The notes beneath the pieces are model-generated. The model was not told where the DNA came from, did no database searches, and saw only the letters and a list, made by a program, of their open reading frames with translations. The translations under genes and the position numbers were made by a program. From Alphaproteobacteria bacterium (GTDB lineage Bacteria > Pseudomonadota > Alphaproteobacteria > Micavibrionales > UBA2020), in contig OZ257145.1 in the NCBI GenBank assembly GCA_965279315.1, forward strand, positions 1,933,536 through 1,997,535: 64,000 nt of DNA, written 5' to 3'. Shown in pieces: positions 60,637 to 64,000 of the stretch. The stretch's first letter is position 1; every line of letters begins with the position of its first letter.

Positions 60637-61302
60637 TCAATGCTTGTGGGTGTCTTCGCCCGCGGCCTTGGACGCTTCTTCGGCCTTTTTCATCGCATCG
60701 GCGAAATCGGGGTATTCCATCATGCGCTCGTCGCCTTTTTTGAAGATAAAGGTCGGGGTCGCGTCGATGGCGTAGGTCTTCTGCGCGTCCTGCATGGATG
60801 CCATCATGGCTTTTTTCAGGTCTTCATCGGCGATGCAGGCCTTGATGTATTCGGGGTCCATGCCGGCAAGGGCGCCGATTTTCTGCACGGCTTCATCGGG
60901 CGCGGCGGCGCGTGCCCAGCGTTCCTGTTCGGCGAAGATCATCGAGATCAGGGGGAAGAACTTGTCCTCAGGGGCGCAGCGCGCCATGGCGGCGGCCTTC
61001 ACCGCATAACCGTCCAGCGGGAAATCGCGGAACACCAGTTTCGCCTTGCCGGTCTCGATCAGTTCTTTCTTGATCGTGGGCAGGCCGAATTTGTGGAACG
61101 CCGCGCAATGCGAACAGGTCAGCGACGCATATTCGTAAATGGTGACGGGCGCATTGGGGTCGCCCAGCACGCGGTCGGTCGTTGCGGCGACGAGGTCGAT
61201 TTTCGAGGCGGCGGCGGCTTTCGGTTCAGCCGCTGTGTCTTCCGCCATCGCGGGCAGCGACAGCACAAGCATCAGGGCAACAAGTGCGGATTTCATCATC
61301 AT
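60637..61302 (-). CDS. DsbA-family thiol:disulfide oxidoreductase
   Basis: Signal peptide MMMKSALVALMLVLSLPAMA. CxxC motif SLTCSHCAAF in a thioredoxin fold. Confidence 0.85.
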   Translation of the reverse strand: MMMKSALVALMLVLSLPAMAEDTAAEPKAAAASKIDLVAATTDRVLGDPNAPVTIYEYASLTCSHCAAFHKFGLPTIKKELIETGKAKLVFRDFPLDGYAVKAAAMARCAPEDKFFPLISMIFAEQERWARAAAPDEAVQKIGALAGMDPEYIKACIADEDLKKAMMASMQDAQKTYAIDATPTFIFKKGDERMMEYPDFADAMKKAEEASKAAGEDTHKH

Positions 61303-61559
61303 GGCAAATTACCTTTTTCAGGGGGTTCGGGGACAGGACAAGTGGAGATACCAAACAGCGCGTAGGCGCCGCAACTGCCCATTGCGGCATTCACCAGCAG
61401 CGCACCGGCAAGGATGGGCCATAGCGCGCCCTGAAACCCGCCTGCCGCCCAATATCCCAGCATACCCAACGCGATCACCACACGCAGGACGCGGTCCCAG
61501 GTGGCGAGGTTGCGGGGAACAAGCGGGGGCTTGGTCGGGGTGGTCGGTTTCAGGTCCAT
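61299..61559 (-). CDS. DUF2892-family (YgaP C-terminal-like) small membrane protein
   Basis: NLATWDRVLRVVIALGMLGYW..ILAGALLVNAAMGSCGAYALFGIS. A 4-nt overlap joins it to the dsbA-like start. Confidence 0.6.
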   Translation of the reverse strand: MDLKPTTPTKPPLVPRNLATWDRVLRVVIALGMLGYWAAGGFQGALWPILAGALLVNAAMGSCGAYALFGISTCPVPEPPEKGNLP

Positions 61560-61666
61560 GGCCTTCCTTCGGTACCGACTATAATATAGTTACAGGCTTA
61601 TGCGTGACAAGTTACGCCGAAAATGCCATGTTATGCGAAAACAAACGGCGATTCACAAAGAAAATC

Positions 61667-63556
61667 ATGGCATCCACCCTTATCCTCAGCGTTCAGGAAG
61701 GCAGTATTTCCTTCGGCGAGAAAGTCATTTTTGACGAATTCTCGTTCAATATCCATTCCGGCGACAAAATTTCGCTGGTGGGCAAGAACGGGTCGGGCAA
61801 ATCGACGCTCATGAACCTTATCACCGGCGACCGCGACCTCGACACCGGCAAGCGCTGGGTGCTGCAGGGAACCACCATCGGTTACATGCAGCAGGACGTG
61901 CAGCCCATCGCCGGCCAGACCGTTTACGATTTCGTGTTCGAACAGTTGATGAAGGACGGGGTCGAGGAAGAAAACCGTTACAAGGTCGATATGGTCATCC
62001 AGCCACTCGACCTGCGCCCCGATGACCGCATGGATATGCTCTCGGGCGGCCAGTTGCGGCGCGCCGCGCTCGCCCGTGCCCTGGTCGAAGAACCCGACAT
62101 CCTGCTGCTCGACGAGCCGACCAACCATCTGGACCTGGAAATCATCGAATGGCTGGAGCAGTTTTTGCAGCGGTATGCCGGCGCGCTGCTCTGCGTCAGT
62201 CACGATAAGGCCTTCCTCGCCAATATCTCGAACAAGATTTTCTGGCTGGACCGCGCCAAGATGCGCGTTGCGCCCAAGGGCTTCGCGCATTTCGACGAAT
62301 GGTCGACCATGCTGCTGGAACAGGAAGAACGCGAGCTGCAGAACCGCCAGAAGCTGCTGGATATCGAGGTCGAATGGGGCAGCCGCGGCGTGAAGGCGCG
62401 CCAGAAACGCAACCAGCGCCGCCTCGGCATGATGCTGGAGGAACGCGCGAAACTGAAGCGCGACAAAAGCGCCTACCGCCAGATGATGCGGCGGCTTGAA
62501 GTCGGCGAGATGGAGATTGATTCGGTCGGATCGAAACTCGTCGCCGAATTCGTGAAAACCGACAAGAAATTCACCGATGACAAGGGCCGCGAAAAAGTCG
62601 TCCTCAACAAATTCTCCATGCGCTTCCAGAAGGGCGACCGCATCGGCATCCTCGGCAAGAACGGGTCGGGCAAGACGACGTTCCTGCGCATGCTGATCGG
62701 CGAAATGAAGCCCGATATGGGCAAGGTGAAACTGGCGCGCGGGATGGAATTTTCGTACTTCGACCAGAAACGCCGCGACCTGAAACCCGAAGACACCGTG
62801 AAGCACGTTCTCTGCCCGCAGGGCGGCGAATACCTGAAAGTCATGGACAAGACGCGCCATGTGATCGGTTACCTGCGCGATTTCCTGTTCGATGCGTCGA
62901 TGGTGGAACAGCGCGTCAGCACATTGTCGGGCGGGCAGAAAAACCGCCTGCTGCTGGCGAAGGTGCTGGCCAGCCCCAAGGGCCTGCTGATCCTCGACGA
63001 GCCGACCAACGACCTTGATATGGATACGCTCGACATGCTCGAAGAAATCCTCGCCGCCTATACCGGCACGCTGATCGTCGTGTCGCATGACCGCGACTTC
63101 CTCGACCAGACGGTGAGCAAGATATTGGCTTTCGAAGGCGATGGCCGCGTGCACGGCTATATCGGCGGCTATACCGATTATATCGAGGCGCGCAAACGCC
63201 GCCGCGACGACGAAGACGACGAGGACGATTTCCTGTCCTTCCGCGAGGCGAAGAAACCGAAATCACAGCAGAACAACACGCCCGCCGCCGAACAGGCGAA
63301 CGATGCGCCGAAGGTCTATAAAAAGCTGACGTATAAGTTGCAATACGAACTCGACAACCTGCCCGCCAGGATCGATGCCCTGCAAAAGGAAATCGAAAGC
63401 CTTGAACGCATCCTTGATGATGCGGAACTCTATGCCCGCGACCGCGGCGCTTTCGACACGACATCGAAGCGTTTGGCACAGGCGCGCGGCGATCTTGAAT
63501 CGGCGGAACTGCGCTGGCTGGAGCTGGAAGAAATGAAAGTCTCCACCGCGAATTGA
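61667..63556 (+). CDS. ABC-F family ATPase (Uup-like)
   Basis: ORF 61139..63556 trimmed to the in-frame ATG at 61667 (MASTLILSVQEGSISFG). There are two ABC cassettes: GKNGSGKST / LSGGQLRRAALAR / LLLDEPTNHLD, and GKNGSGKTT / LSGGQKNRLLLAK / LILDEPTNDLD. A C-terminal coiled coil follows. Confidence 0.9.
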   Translation: MASTLILSVQEGSISFGEKVIFDEFSFNIHSGDKISLVGKNGSGKSTLMNLITGDRDLDTGKRWVLQGTTIGYMQQDVQPIAGQTVYDFVFEQLMKDGVEEENRYKVDMVIQPLDLRPDDRMDMLSGGQLRRAALARALVEEPDILLLDEPTNHLDLEIIEWLEQFLQRYAGALLCVSHDKAFLANISNKIFWLDRAKMRVAPKGFAHFDEWSTMLLEQEERELQNRQKLLDIEVEWGSRGVKARQKRNQRRLGMMLEERAKLKRDKSAYRQMMRRLEVGEMEIDSVGSKLVAEFVKTDKKFTDDKGREKVVLNKFSMRFQKGDRIGILGKNGSGKTTFLRMLIGEMKPDMGKVKLARGMEFSYFDQKRRDLKPEDTVKHVLCPQGGEYLKVMDKTRHVIGYLRDFLFDASMVEQRVSTLSGGQKNRLLLAKVLASPKGLLILDEPTNDLDMDTLDMLEEILAAYTGTLIVVSHDRDFLDQTVSKILAFEGDGRVHGYIGGYTDYIEARKRRRDDEDDEDDFLSFREAKKPKSQQNNTPAAEQANDAPKVYKKLTYKLQYELDNLPARIDALQKEIESLERILDDAELYARDRGAFDTTSKRLAQARGDLESAELRWLELEEMKVSTAN

Positions 63557-63709
63557 TTTGCAGTTTCGATTATTGGAACAGCGCATTTTTCGATTGGCGC
63601 ATTCTGTTGAATCTGTCATGAATCGATAGTCACGGCAGCAGAATGTGATTCTGGAGAACCCTCACGTTTCACGCCGGTTGTGCAATCATTTTGAAGCGGG
63701 ATTAATCAC

Positions 63710-64000
63710 ATGGCAAAAGTCACCCAACCGACCGTTACGCTGAAAAACATCGCGGCTGAAATGGCCGAAACGCAAGACCTGACGAAAAAACAGATGAACG
63801 CGATCATGGAAGACCTCGTCTCGCACCTGGTGAAGAACCTGAAAAAAGGCAACCGTGTCCGCCTGGCCGGCCTTGGCATCCTGCAGGTGCGCAAGCGCGC
63901 CGCACGCATGGGCCGCAACCCCGCGACCGGCGAAACCATCAAGATCCCCGCGAAAAAGAAAATCGCCTTCCGCGCGGCGAAGGAATTGAAGGAAGCTGTG
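63710..64000 (+). CDS. HU/IHF-family DNA-binding protein (3' end cut by the window edge)
   Basis: Absent from the ORF track because there is no stop in the window. ATG at 63710. The sequence is MAKVTQPTVTLKNIAAEMAETQDLTKKQMNAIMEDLVSHLVKNLKKGNRVRLAGLGILQVRKRAARMGRNPATGETIKIPAKKKIAFRAAKELKEAV. Confidence 0.85.
   Translation, partial: MAKVTQPTVTLKNIAAEMAETQDLTKKQMNAIMEDLVSHLVKNLKKGNRVRLAGLGILQVRKRAARMGRNPATGETIKIPAKKKIAFRAAKELKEAV

Noticed and set aside
61139-63154. 5' extension of the ABC-F ORF (61139..61666) and the 507-aa antisense ORF 61631..63154
   Set aside because: The extension overlaps the dsbA-like and DUF2892 genes on the other strand and precedes the natural ABC-F N-terminus (MASTLILSVQEG..). 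The antisense ORF is a compositional shadow.

Overview
High-GC chromosomal segment that looks alphaproteobacterial: it has a CckA-type hybrid kinase, a TTAA-N7-TTAA CtrA-like box, an NDUFAF5-like methyltransferase and ubiG. I did not attempt a finer taxonomic assignment. The backbone genes are slt, dapA, smpB, recA, deoC, ndh, msrA, comF, ubiG, cobB, rlmI, rlmJ, cspA, dgkA, a cydAB-type bd oxidase, a dsbA-like gene, an ABC-F ATPase and HU. There is also a flagellar export/rod gene set split into three blocks: flhB-fliR, then fliQ-fliE-flgC-flgB, then flhB-C-like-orf84-fliO-fliP. I recognised no rRNA, tRNA, CRISPR array, integrase or transposase. Many long ORFs in the track are Arg/Ala/Gly-rich antisense shadows typical of high-GC DNA and were rejected. 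Accessory material sits between the backbone genes. (1) At 48.0-51.5 kb, a promoter-led, translationally coupled operon encodes modular proteins made of 21-aa LRR-like repeats, all ending in a conserved basic tail (..APKTASFRRK). An ankyrin-repeat operon converges on it, and a distant paralog lies at 20.2 kb. (2) A family of 80-120 bp double-hairpin palindromic (REP/MITE-like) elements lies at gene ends. One 369-bp copy (40616-40984) carries a GIY-YIG nuclease ORF exactly between the same terminal hairpins, which suggests an autonomous/non-autonomous pair. Another copy sits in frame at the fliO/fliP junction. (3) A visibly AT-rich island of about 2.5 kb (11.2-13.7 kb) is bracketed by short direct repeats and encodes two tandem paralogous envelope proteins. 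(4) A 917-aa methyltransferase fusion protein, a three-gene cluster of unknown function, a BRCT protein with an internal duplication, and several other orphan genes complete the accessory set. All functional interpretations of these accessory genes are inference from sequence reading only.
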